A stretch of DNA of 64,000 bases, taken from contig CAZCVI010000010.1 of NCBI GenBank assembly GCA_964502145.1, forward strand, positions 44,068 to 108,067. The letters run 5' to 3'. The notes below the pieces were generated by a model, which ran no database searches, was not told where the DNA came from, and saw only the letters and a program-made list of their open reading frames with translations. Within the stretch, counting starts at the first letter, position 1; every line of letters begins with the position of its first letter. Positions 39,113 through 47,858 of the stretch are shown here, piece after piece. The position numbers were made by a program, and so were the translations under genes. The DNA comes from an uncultured Clostridia bacterium (GTDB lineage: Bacteria > Acidobacteriota > Aminicenantia > UBA2199).

Positions 39113-39472
39113 CTATTCTATTTCTGTGGATATGGATGGGTCTTCAATAAACTTGACCAAGAAATCTATACCCGCGGTATTAAAAAGGGTCTCATCGATG
39201 ATTTTCTCTTTAAATACGGGTTGGTTCTCAATGAATAGACCGGCGTTACTGTCCAGATCAGTGATCCATATGGCTGTCTGGGTATAGCGGATACTGAAGT
39301 GAAAGGGCTCCAAGCGGTCATCGGGTAAATAGATATCTGCATAGTGGCTGGAGCCAACAACGGTTTTACCGGCAAATAGCCGGTAATCTCTGCCTTTCCA
39401 TGGTCCGTTCAATACTAACAGCCACCCTATTAATTCGCGCTCATCTTCCAATACGGTTTTATCGTTATTCAT
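39113..39472 (-). CDS. FHA-domain protein
   Basis: 119 aa. 'GRDYRLFAGKTVVGSSHYADIYLPDDRLEPFHFSI...ITDLDSNAGLFIENQPV'. Stop is TAG. Confidence 0.7.
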   Translation of the reverse strand: MNNDKTVLEDERELIGWLLVLNGPWKGRDYRLFAGKTVVGSSHYADIYLPDDRLEPFHFSIRYTQTAIWITDLDSNAGLFIENQPVFKEKIIDETLFNTAGIDFLVKFIEDPSISTEIE

Positions 39473-39475
39473 GGG

Positions 39476-40057
39476 TTATAGGAATCTCCTCACTTTTTTA
39501 AATATCATCTCTTGATGTCCGATACGAATCCGGTCGCCATCGTCCAGGGGTTCGGTGACAATAATTTTTTCCTTTAACCAGGTGTGGTTGGTGGAGCCGA
39601 GGTCAGTCAGAGTGAAGGTATTGTTTTCGGCTTGGTAATGAATGATGGCGTGGAGTTTGGAGGCAAAGTCATCATTCACCTGGATGTCGGCATCAATACC
39701 TTTCCCGATAATGTTTTTCTCGCGGGTGATACGCACATCATGCAGGGGATGTCCCTCTTTATCAAGAAAAACAAGCCATGCAAAGAAAAGTTTCATACCT
39801 GGGAAATCTTCCATATTATCATCCAGAAACGTTTTGTCCGGATCGCTTTCCAGAACAGTTTTATCCGGGAACATGGTCAGGCTTTCCAGCACGGTTTTGT
39901 TTTCAGGTTCAGAAGGGATGGCATTTAATATTTCGGTGCTGAATCTTTCAACGGGTTTTAGGGGATCGGGTAAAATGGGGCTGCCGCAGAAAGGGCATGA
40001 TGCATTGGGGACATAATATCCAGAAATCTCTTTAGAACAATTTAAACATATATCCAT
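39476..40057 (-). CDS. zinc-ribbon + FHA-domain protein
   Basis: 'CLNCSKEISGYYVPNASCPFCGS' zinc ribbon. C-terminal FHA 'NIIGKGIDADIQVNDDFASKLHAII...LTDLGSTNHTWLKEK'. ATG 40057 with GGAG RBS preferred over GTG 40072. Confidence 0.65.
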   Translation of the reverse strand: MDICLNCSKEISGYYVPNASCPFCGSPILPDPLKPVERFSTEILNAIPSEPENKTVLESLTMFPDKTVLESDPDKTFLDDNMEDFPGMKLFFAWLVFLDKEGHPLHDVRITREKNIIGKGIDADIQVNDDFASKLHAIIHYQAENNTFTLTDLGSTNHTWLKEKIIVTEPLDDGDRIRIGHQEMIFKKVRRFL

Positions 40058-40181
40058 ATCACACTCCGACACTAGCGAAACATCGTTTTATGAAATTCAC
40101 TGCTTTTGTCTCTATACTTAGCTTCTTCATGTACAGAACTTTACCACCCTGTAAAAAAAATGTCAAGTTTTTTCCGATTTT

Positions 40182-41945
40182 TTATTTACTTCTCTCCCGT
40201 AGCGTATCAATGATGTCTTCAATAAAACTTCTCAGGGTTTTGTTGTTGGAGGTCATCAACAGTGTATATTTTGGGCCGCCCCGGGTTTTGATGATGAGGG
40301 CGGGGTTTTTCCGGTTCTTCTTTTTTTTGAAGATACGGACAAAATCGGCGGTCACATCTTGGGAAACCTGTTTGATCTGTGACATGGGTATAGAAAAAGA
40401 GTTTTTGTTGGTGGATTCTTTAAATGGGGCAAAGGAGAGGGTGCCATGGGTGATGCGCAGGATGCCATTGAAAATTTGCGCGCCCTGGTTTTGGTATTGG
40501 ATGCTAAAGTGGATGGACGGGTCGGCTTCCAGTGCTTTGAAGTAGTATGATCGCGCGTTCTTTTTTTCGCCATCGTAAAAATAGGCTTTGCCAATGGCCA
40601 GAAGAATTTCCCCGGATTGGACACCGTTTTTTACAGCATAACGACCGGCAGCCACGGCTTTTTTATATTCTTCATTTGTGATCAACCGCTCCATTCTGCG
40701 CAGGATATCGGCGGCGGTTCCGGGTACGGAAAGCTGGGTGGCAGGGGTGGTTTTGGCAGGTTCTTGAACGGGCGTGTTGGAAGGGGTGTTGCCACCGGGA
40801 GTGGGCGGTGGAGAGGAAGGGGTGGGAGTTTGGGGGGCGGGTTGGAGGGTATTGGGTATCTGGGCGGTGGGAGAGTGGCTGGAGATGGAGGGGGATGGAT
40901 TGTTAGCGGTGGTATGAGCCGTTTTGATGACCGGGGTAGAGCGGGTGTAGAACAGGAGGAAGAGGAGGAGGACGATTAACACTCCGGCCATAGCCAAAAT
41001 AGCGATGCGATGTTGCTTGCTGGGTAGGCGATTAAATTTGAATGTGGGGGTGAATTTTTTAGCCGTGGGTTTAGGTCCAGGGGCGGGGGTTGGGCTTTTT
41101 CCAGGTACAGGAGTCAGGGAAAAAATGGTTTCTTGGATAGCGGCCTCGAATTCGGCAATGTTTTGGAAGCGTTCCGCAGGGTCTTTGGCGATGCTTTTTA
41201 GAATCAAAGCTTCAACGGGGGCAGAGATGGCGGGATTAACCTGGGAAGGCTGACGGGGCACGGCATCAAGAGTTTGTTTGATGACATCGTAACTGGATTT
41301 GCCGGTGATAGTAAAGGGAAGAACGCCGGTAAGCATTTCATAGAGAGTAATACCGAGGGAATAAATATCGGTACGAATATCTGTTTTTTTCCCCAGTAAT
41401 TGTTCGGGTGAAGAATATACGGGGGAACCCAGAGCAGTTCCTACCTTGGTCAGTCCCTCGATACCCTTGACCTTGGCAATACCGAAATCGCAGATTTTGG
41501 CGGTTTGATTTTTGCTTAAAAAGAGATTGGAGGGTTTGATGTCGCGGTGCATAACGCCATTGGCATGGGCATACCCGATACCGCTCAATATTTGCAAGAA
41601 AATCTTTAATCCCTGAACGATGGGCATGGGGCCTTTTTCTTTGATGGATTCTTTCAGGTTTTGCCCTTCGACATATTCCATCACGATGTAATACGCATTT
41701 TTATCCTGGTCAAAGGAGTGGATGGTGACGATATGGCCGTGGTTGAGTTTGGCCTGGGCAATGGCTTCGACGCGGAACCGAGCCATTAATTCTTGACTAC
41801 GGGCGAGTTCGGGTGAAATGATCTTTATCGCTACTTCACGTTCCAGTGACAGGTCACGGGCCAGGAACACAGAACCCATTCCGCCTTCGCCGATCTTTTT
41901 CAAAATACGATAATTGCCTAAGATGGATCCGATTATTTGGTTCAT
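40182..41945 (-). CDS. Hanks-type Ser/Thr protein kinase with TM helix, Pro-rich linker and extracytoplasmic C-terminal domain
   Basis: 'IGEGGMGSVFLARD...VAIK', 'HRDIKPSNLF', 'DFGIAKV'. TM 'IAILAMAGVLIVLLLFLLFY'. Pro/Thr-rich linker, then a ~200-aa C-terminal domain. Confidence 0.85.
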   Translation of the reverse strand: MNQIIGSILGNYRILKKIGEGGMGSVFLARDLSLEREVAIKIISPELARSQELMARFRVEAIAQAKLNHGHIVTIHSFDQDKNAYYIVMEYVEGQNLKESIKEKGPMPIVQGLKIFLQILSGIGYAHANGVMHRDIKPSNLFLSKNQTAKICDFGIAKVKGIEGLTKVGTALGSPVYSSPEQLLGKKTDIRTDIYSLGITLYEMLTGVLPFTITGKSSYDVIKQTLDAVPRQPSQVNPAISAPVEALILKSIAKDPAERFQNIAEFEAAIQETIFSLTPVPGKSPTPAPGPKPTAKKFTPTFKFNRLPSKQHRIAILAMAGVLIVLLLFLLFYTRSTPVIKTAHTTANNPSPSISSHSPTAQIPNTLQPAPQTPTPSSPPPTPGGNTPSNTPVQEPAKTTPATQLSVPGTAADILRRMERLITNEEYKKAVAAGRYAVKNGVQSGEILLAIGKAYFYDGEKKNARSYYFKALEADPSIHFSIQYQNQGAQIFNGILRITHGTLSFAPFKESTNKNSFSIPMSQIKQVSQDVTADFVRIFKKKKNRKNPALIIKTRGGPKYTLLMTSNNKTLRSFIEDIIDTLRERSK

Positions 41946-42133
41946 CTATTTACTTTACCACTGCTTGATTTGAAAGTCAAGCACTGAAGACCGCCTTTAA
42001 GAAAGAGTTAAAGAGATTTTAAAAGGCACGGTGTTTAAAATTCCAGCACTTGATTGGAAAAAGAATTTAGGGTAAACTATAATCTGGTTGCGATCAAAAA
42101 CAATTTTAATGGATTCGTCCGAGGAGTAAAGAA

Positions 42134-43165
42134 ATGAATGAACAGCAAAATGAACAGCAAAATGTGCAAATAAAGATGGATGCAGGAGTGGTTGTTCATC
42201 TGTGGAATCATTGTCATCATTGCCACGCGGAACCTATTATAGGACGCAGATATGAATGTCAGAGCTGTCCGTCGGGACCGGATATTGATCTGTGCGAACC
42301 CTGTTATGAATTGTGGGGCAGGGGTGAGGTTGAACATCCTGCCAAAGATAGTGTTGCGTCTGATTTAACTATTACAGAGCATCGGTTCGAGATGTTTGAG
42401 GGGAAACCTTTGGCGTCATTTCAGGACTGGTTGCTGGTAAAACATCCAGTGGCCGCAGACCCGATTGTGCCGAAACAGGCGGTGTTAAGACCGATTTTTT
42501 CTGCGGGAGTGGATTCAGTGATTGGGAGCTATGCCTTTGTAGCACGTTTGGAAGGAGCGAAGCGACCGCTGATTTTAACGGCATTGCATGTGATGGATGA
42601 ATTGATCAAGAAGTTGGGGATAGATTGTTCACTGGGGCGTGAAGATGATAAAATTAGAAATTATACAGGGAAAGAGTTACCTGCGGTGGTGACGGAAGTG
42701 AACCTGTTTGATGTGTTTGCAGCCAATTGGATGATGGCTCCGATAGGCAATGGGGGCCCGATGCTGGTGTTACCAGATGCGGCGACTGGCGCGGAAGAAC
42801 CCTATTCCAATCGAGATATTGCAGCCTTTTGGGTACATTCGGCGGATGCGGGACATTTTAATCCGTTACCATTGGCCCAATCGGCACCACGGGTAGGTGA
42901 GCCAGTCTGGTTGGCGGCACGTCGGATGGACAATTCAGGAAAACGAACGCTCAAAGCGGTGGTAGTTGAATGTACGGAACGTTCATTGGTATTTAAGTAC
43001 GAAGGGGATGGCGAGAAACCAAAGTACACGAGTGGTGCTCCTATTTTGAACGGGAAGGGCGAAGTGGTGGGGATCAATGTGGGCGGCGGTCGATTAAACG
43101 AGGAAAACCTGGGACATGCGAACCATATAGAGAATATCCGCAGGCACCTGAGTAATGCGAGTTAA
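42134..43165 (+). CDS. ZZ-type zinc finger fused to a trypsin-like (S1) serine protease domain
   Basis: 'HCHHCHAEPIIGRRYECQSCPSGPDIDLCEPCY...HP' fits the ZZ pattern C-x2-C...G.RY.C..C..D.DLC..C...H. Protease: His 'LTALHV', Asp, Ser 'YTSGAPIL...GINVGG'. GAGGAG RBS. Confidence 0.55.
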   Translation: MNEQQNEQQNVQIKMDAGVVVHLWNHCHHCHAEPIIGRRYECQSCPSGPDIDLCEPCYELWGRGEVEHPAKDSVASDLTITEHRFEMFEGKPLASFQDWLLVKHPVAADPIVPKQAVLRPIFSAGVDSVIGSYAFVARLEGAKRPLILTALHVMDELIKKLGIDCSLGREDDKIRNYTGKELPAVVTEVNLFDVFAANWMMAPIGNGGPMLVLPDAATGAEEPYSNRDIAAFWVHSADAGHFNPLPLAQSAPRVGEPVWLAARRMDNSGKRTLKAVVVECTERSLVFKYEGDGEKPKYTSGAPILNGKGEVVGINVGGGRLNEENLGHANHIENIRRHLSNAS

Positions 43166-43491
43166 TCGGTTTTTGTTAGTAAATGGGAACCATAATGCCG
43201 TTTGAAGCGGGTGGAGGAGTATTTTTCCAGTTTCCATTGGGGGATTTTGCAAACTGGGCAGACTTTGTTGAACCATTTATTGCGAAGCCAGCGGGCGGAA
43301 CGGCTGTTGCGAGAATTGTTGATGAGAAATGTTTTGTTGCAATGGGTGGTGATGCGGGCTTGTTCCCCGATTTTTTCAACGGTTTTGATGCCATGTAAAA
43401 TGCCTTGACGGGAAGGCCATAGTTTGATCGTGTCGATCAATTTGAATAATTCAATACGTTTGCGGTAGTACCGCCTGGGTTGTTCGGTCAT
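43162..43491 (-). CDS. pylSn: pyrrolysyl-tRNA synthetase N-terminal tRNA-binding domain protein
   Basis: 'LWPSRQGILHGIK...INNSRNSRSARWLRNKWFNKVCPVCK' parallels the PylS N-terminal 'LWMSRTGTLHKIK...[26 protein letters not shown]'. Last gene of the pyl operon. Confidence 0.7.
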   Translation of the reverse strand: MTEQPRRYYRKRIELFKLIDTIKLWPSRQGILHGIKTVEKIGEQARITTHCNKTFLINNSRNSRSARWLRNKWFNKVCPVCKIPQWKLEKYSSTRFKRHYGSHLLTKTD

Positions 43492-43530
43492 GGTAGTGGC
43501 TCATTTTTAATTGATTTATATAGTGCAAAA

Positions 43531-43583
43531 GTGGACTAACTGGACGATATGGACTGAGTGGACAATGTGGACGAGAGGTGGAT
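43531..43583. repeat. tandem 9-bp array NTGGACNNN x5-6 in the pylD-pylSn intergenic region
   Basis: gTGGACtaa cTGGACgat aTGGACtga gTGGACaat gTGGACgag aggTGGAT, read directly. Confidence 0.85.
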
Positions 43584-43653
43584 TTTTGGAAAAGTTTTTG
43601 GGCTGACAGAGGCACTGTGAAGATGGGTTTAAGATAATGCGATCTAATGTTTT

Positions 43654-44538
43654 TCATTGCTGATTTTTGCGAAAATAATGGACGGCGGCGTCAACGGCCA
43701 TAACGGCGGTGCCGATTTGCAGGGGATCGTGCAAGAGACGGAGTTTTATCTGTTGGATGGCAGCACTGGTTAATCCCAAAGGCACACCGGGCGCGGCGAT
43801 ATAGGTGTGTGGATTGATGTCTGATTTTTGGATGGTATTGGCGGCATTGGTGGCTTCAATGATGAACGAGTGACGCGATAACGCGGGAGCCAAAGCAGGT
43901 TCAATAGAGATGCGGGATGAGCTGCCGGTTATCCTCATAATTTCCATGGCTGCGGCAGAACTGCGTTGTTGGTGGATATCAAACAAAGATACTCGCGCCC
44001 CGCGTTTGATAGCTTCGATGGCAGAATACGTCCCGACTGCTCCACAGCCAATGATTAACAGCTCCCTGTCTTTTAAGCCCACTTTGGGCGTTGGAGCTTG
44101 ATGGCGGATCATCAATTCCAATCCAGCTACAAAACCACGGGCAGTAGATGGGGTATTGTCCACAACGCGACTGTTGCGGGTGTCCAGCGCAATAAAACGT
44201 TTGTCATCGGCCATCATCACAATGGCGGCGCCAGCTTCCACTGCCTCGGCTAGACCCGCAACATCGGGCTCACGGGTAACAAAAGATTTAAATCCAATGT
44301 GCTGCACAATAGCAGCCACAGTGCTGGAAAAACCTCCAATCACACCCTGACCAGACATGATTGGAACAACCGCGATAAGAGTGGATGGAATACAGACTTG
44401 AAGCTGCTGGCTGGTGATGCCCAAGGCATAACAGGCAATCCCTTGCAAGGTCGTGCCTGTTTGCAATTGCAAAAGAGTGTCGTAGAGAAGGAGCTGGGCA
44501 GTTAAGTCTTTGATGTCGTTTACGGTCAGACGAGTCAT
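43654..44538 (-). CDS. pylD: pyrrolysine biosynthesis dehydrogenase
   Basis: 'IAVVPIMSGQGVIGGFSSTVAAIVQHIGFKSFVT', 'AAIVMMADD', 'FIIEATNAANTI', 'APGVPLGL' parallel Methanosarcina PylD blocks. AGGAAA RBS. Confidence 0.85.
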   Translation of the reverse strand: MTRLTVNDIKDLTAQLLLYDTLLQLQTGTTLQGIACYALGITSQQLQVCIPSTLIAVVPIMSGQGVIGGFSSTVAAIVQHIGFKSFVTREPDVAGLAEAVEAGAAIVMMADDKRFIALDTRNSRVVDNTPSTARGFVAGLELMIRHQAPTPKVGLKDRELLIIGCGAVGTYSAIEAIKRGARVSLFDIHQQRSSAAAMEIMRITGSSSRISIEPALAPALSRHSFIIEATNAANTIQKSDINPHTYIAAPGVPLGLTSAAIQQIKLRLLHDPLQIGTAVMAVDAAVHYFRKNQQ

Positions 44539-44545
44539 GTTTTTC

Positions 44546-45685
44546 CTAGCGGATAATGCTTTGCCTTATATTTTGAATAACGCGGTCGCTTTTTTGCTGG
44601 GCCGACTGGAGGTCTGTGGCTTCAATGATCAAGGTAGCCACCCATGAATAGGCACTGGGGCTATAATTGGTGATGGCTTCATCGGCACCAAAAAAGTCGT
44701 GGCACAGAAACAACGGGCCAACCTCTGACATAATATGCTCACCACTAATTCGTATCCCACGGGGGGAAACTTCAATGTGCTGGTAAATCGCACCCCGTTT
44801 TTGGTCAGCAGCTTTTATAACTTTTTGACTGGTAAAACATTGGGCCAATAACGGCATCATGTTCCACCCGGAAGATTGGAAAACAGCGGTGGGAGTCTGA
44901 CTGGGGAAACGGGCGTCAATCTCCAATACTTTTAATTGGTTATCATGAAGAATAATTTCAACATCCATGATCCCCCGCAACTGGATGGATTGTGCAATGT
45001 GCAAGGAAATCTTCTCGAACTGCTTTACCTGGGTAGGAGATAATAACGTGGGGGCCGATACTCGTTTACAATCATAACTGTCATCCATGTCAAGGTCAGT
45101 GACTTGCAAGGGAATATAATTCCCGGGAGTGCCCATCACTTCAAGAGAATAGGACGGCCCTTCGACGTATTCCTGAATGACCCAGCCGGGAGGCGGCAGG
45201 GAGGCGGAAAAGGAGGAAAAGAACTCTTCCAGTTGCGGTCTATCATTAAAAAGCCGAACGCCACGACTACCACTACTGCTCTCAGGTTTGGCGATAACTG
45301 GGAATGAACAATTTGGCCAGGGTTTGGGGGCAGGCACGCCAAGTTCTGCAAAAAGATGGTCGGAACGGAGCTTGGAAGAAGAAATAGCATAAGTCGCTGC
45401 ATCAAAGGCAAAAGGAATGGCAGAGGTGAGACTCCACTGGTGTAATGCAGCGAGTGCGGCGGCATTCTCAGTGGCGGGGACAACAAGGTCTATATCTTTG
45501 ATATCTCTTATGCAAGATTGCCATTTCGACTGGTCCGTGACATCCAGCTCAATGAAACGATGGCACATTTGGGCAGCGGCCACATGGGGGTGTTTGTCGA
45601 TTAAAAGGGTTTCCCATCCGGCATGATGGGCCAAATAAGCGACTTCTACGCCTTGAAGACTGCCGCCGACGATAAGGATTTTCAT
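44546..45685 (-). CDS. pylC: 3-methylornithine--L-lysine ligase (ATP-grasp)
   Basis: 'KILIVGGSLQGVEVAYLAHHAG', 'LEIDARFPSQTPT' (identical to the PylC block). AGGAG RBS. Start overlaps the pylB stop (ATGA). Own stop is TAG. Confidence 0.85.
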   Translation of the reverse strand: MKILIVGGSLQGVEVAYLAHHAGWETLLIDKHPHVAAAQMCHRFIELDVTDQSKWQSCIRDIKDIDLVVPATENAAALAALHQWSLTSAIPFAFDAATYAISSSKLRSDHLFAELGVPAPKPWPNCSFPVIAKPESSSGSRGVRLFNDRPQLEEFFSSFSASLPPPGWVIQEYVEGPSYSLEVMGTPGNYIPLQVTDLDMDDSYDCKRVSAPTLLSPTQVKQFEKISLHIAQSIQLRGIMDVEIILHDNQLKVLEIDARFPSQTPTAVFQSSGWNMMPLLAQCFTSQKVIKAADQKRGAIYQHIEVSPRGIRISGEHIMSEVGPLFLCHDFFGADEAITNYSPSAYSWVATLIIEATDLQSAQQKSDRVIQNIRQSIIR

Positions 45686-46770
45686 GATTTAAGCTCCTGG
45701 TTTTTTAAAACGCGGTTCTTTATCCAATCTTGGTATTGCTGGTGGGAAGCGATTTGTAAACCGCACTCTGTCAATATGGTTAACACGTTATCGGTGGTTC
45801 TGCGGGCATCATCAATATCCAGTGAGGATTGCGCTACTCCAGCCAGTCCCTGTTGGGGTGGCACGATGGAAGTCACAACATTGGCACCTGCATCCATACG
45901 CCGCTTCAAGCCAGCCAGCCCTTCGACATCCAATGTGGCGGGAATGAGTCGATCAGGGAACAAAATACGCATGAGCGCGATAAGAATTAATTCGGTCAAA
46001 GGTTCTGGAAAAGGGAAATGGGCCATCGGTGTGCCCTGTTGCGGCACAAAATTCATGGCCCGCACTTGGTCAGCGTTACTGGCCCGCATCTCGGTTAGTG
46101 AATGGGCGATATCATGGGAAGTTTCGCCCACGCCCACGAGGATGCCTTCTTCGGTTAACATCCCCAGTTGATGGGCTTGGTGTTTGCTATTTAAACGGGT
46201 CAAATAATCCTGGCCGGGTCTAAGCTGTTGGAAAAGAGTTGGGTTGTGAGTCTCCTGGTAACAAGCAAACCAGGAAGCACCGGCAACGGCAAACTGGGCC
46301 AATATAGGGGGGGGGACTACGCCGGGGGAGATCATAATGGGAAGAAAAACGGCGGTTTTTATAGCTTGCACCAAGCGGATCAAGGAGTGGAAACCATGCT
46401 CACCTGAAGGGTCTTCGCCCATGGTCAGATCAATCAGATGAACACCAGAACGTGCCAGTTGAATGGCGGCTTCAATGATTTCGGTTTCTGCTTTCCTGTA
46501 CCTGAAACGCGGCGAAAGGGTATTCTGGGCACGGTAAAAACAAAAATTACAATTGTTGCGACAATAGGTGCTAATATAAAGGAAACCATAGAGAAAAACA
46601 TGGTTCCCGAAATACTGCTGACGGATAGAACGGGCAGTGCTAAAAAGGGCTTCCAATAGCTGGGGTTGGCGAAGTTGCAGGATAGTGGTGATTTCCTTCT
46701 GGGTGAGGGCGTGCTGGTGGGAGGCTTTTGCCAGTATGGTGTCCAATATAGGCGGGGGAGTGAAATGCAC
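45682..46770 (-). CDS. pylB: 3-methylornithine synthase (radical SAM lysine mutase)
   Basis: 'YFGNHVFLYGFLYISTYCRNNCNFCFYRAQN', 'LIDLTMGEDP', 'LPIMISPG', 'YQETH', 'GANVVTSIVPP' parallel PylB. GTG start with GAGG RBS. Confidence 0.85.
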   Translation of the reverse strand: MHFTPPPILDTILAKASHQHALTQKEITTILQLRQPQLLEALFSTARSIRQQYFGNHVFLYGFLYISTYCRNNCNFCFYRAQNTLSPRFRYRKAETEIIEAAIQLARSGVHLIDLTMGEDPSGEHGFHSLIRLVQAIKTAVFLPIMISPGVVPPPILAQFAVAGASWFACYQETHNPTLFQQLRPGQDYLTRLNSKHQAHQLGMLTEEGILVGVGETSHDIAHSLTEMRASNADQVRAMNFVPQQGTPMAHFPFPEPLTELILIALMRILFPDRLIPATLDVEGLAGLKRRMDAGANVVTSIVPPQQGLAGVAQSSLDIDDARRTTDNVLTILTECGLQIASHQQYQDWIKNRVLKNQELKS

Positions 46771-46779
46771 TGGTGCGCC

Positions 46780-47622
46780 TCAAATGTTTAACCGAATACC
46801 GTTGAGATAGGCGAGACTGCGACCCATTTTACCAAGGTTGTGGCTGTTCTGAGTGACCATCAGCAAACGTTCCAGCCCGAATCCGATGCCCACCCATGGT
46901 TCGACAATGCGCCAGGCCCGGTCCAACGGATGGGGACCGATGGCAGCCGAACCCACCTCTATTTTATCTTTTCCGGCGACCACGTCGATGGTCTCACCAT
47001 AGACGTTAGAGGTTTCGGTTTCCAGAGTATAATCGGTTAATCCGGCGGTGCGGGTCACCAGGGCGGCGAGTTCTTCCAGTCGTGCTTGCCGGTTTTCTAA
47101 AGGTAATCCCATTTCCACGAGATTGAGCATGGTAAATTCACTGGAATGTAACGAACCCTGGGACTCCTTGCGAAAACAAGAACCGACTTCAAAGATAGAC
47201 ACGGGTTTCTCCCATAAACGCAATAAATCCTTTAATACATAATATAAATGAGGGGCCAGCATGGGACGGAGACATTTGTCCTTGTCCAACCAATATACCT
47301 GGGAGAAGAGGGGATGGGTTTCGTCGATGGTCATTTTGGCCAATAGCCCGCGAGACATGATGGTGGGGGTAATGACCTGCACAAAACCGGCGGCGGTAAG
47401 GGTTTCTATCAATTGGCTTTCTAAGCGGCACAGGGCGGGCCTGTGCTCATGTTCCCGGAAATAAGTTAATTGGGTTCTGGCTTGTTTGATATAATGATTT
47501 TCTAATTTATGAAAAGAGTTGTCCCGGTCTGCTGGGCTGGTGAATGCTTGTGATAGTTCCTGGGGGGGGACTTCTAGTTCGATCAATCTTCGATGTTGGA
47601 CTTCAGACCAAGTGAGTGTCAT
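46780..47622 (-). CDS. pylSc: pyrrolysyl-tRNA synthetase catalytic domain (bacterial split form)
   Basis: 'PTIMSRGLLAKMTIDETHPLFSQVYWLDKDKCLRPMLAPHLYYVL...IFEVGSCFRKESQGSLHSSEFTMLN' is near-identical in pattern to Desulfitobacterium PylSc. 280 aa. Confidence 0.9.
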   Translation of the reverse strand: MTLTWSEVQHRRLIELEVPPQELSQAFTSPADRDNSFHKLENHYIKQARTQLTYFREHEHRPALCRLESQLIETLTAAGFVQVITPTIMSRGLLAKMTIDETHPLFSQVYWLDKDKCLRPMLAPHLYYVLKDLLRLWEKPVSIFEVGSCFRKESQGSLHSSEFTMLNLVEMGLPLENRQARLEELAALVTRTAGLTDYTLETETSNVYGETIDVVAGKDKIEVGSAAIGPHPLDRAWRIVEPWVGIGFGLERLLMVTQNSHNLGKMGRSLAYLNGIRLNI

Positions 47623-47624
47623 GG

Positions 47625-47700
47625 ATTGCCTGGGGAATTATGGGAATGGGAGTTATGGGAATTATGGGAAGAATGGGGGTTATGGGAAAAGAGGGGTAGT
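47625..47700. repeat. tandem 9-bp array (TTATGGGAA-like units x ~7) in the pylSc 5' leader
   Basis: gaattatgg gaatgggag ttatgggaa ttatgggaa gaatggggg ttatgggaa, read directly. Confidence 0.8.
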
Positions 47701-47773
47701 GGTGTGTGAGCCAGCGGTTTGGGTAATCTGTTTAAATTGCTTGCCATATTATACCTACTCAAACTAATAAACG

Positions 47774-47844
47774 GCGAGGAGTTCGGGAGTTGCACCCGAC
47801 TATATGGATTTAGAATCCATACGATCCACTTACGATCCACTCCC
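47774..47844 (-). tRNA. pylT: tRNA-Pyl (anticodon CUA, amber suppressor)
   Basis: Minus-strand sequence GGGGAGT-G-GATC-GTAAGTG-GATC-G-TATGGA-TTCTAAA-TCCATA-TAG-TCGGG-TGCAACT-CCCGA-ACTCCTC-G(CC). 6-bp anticodon stem, CUA anticodon, 3-nt variable loop, one nt between acceptor and D stems, G73 discriminator. Immediately upstream of pylSc. Confidence 0.8.
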
Positions 47845-47858
47845 CATTCGCCGAAATA

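Noticed and set aside
47625-47700. TTATGGGAA units as DnaA boxes (TTATNCACA) or an origin.
   Set aside because: Only the TTAT prefix matches. There is no AT-rich DUE and no dnaA or dnaN nearby.
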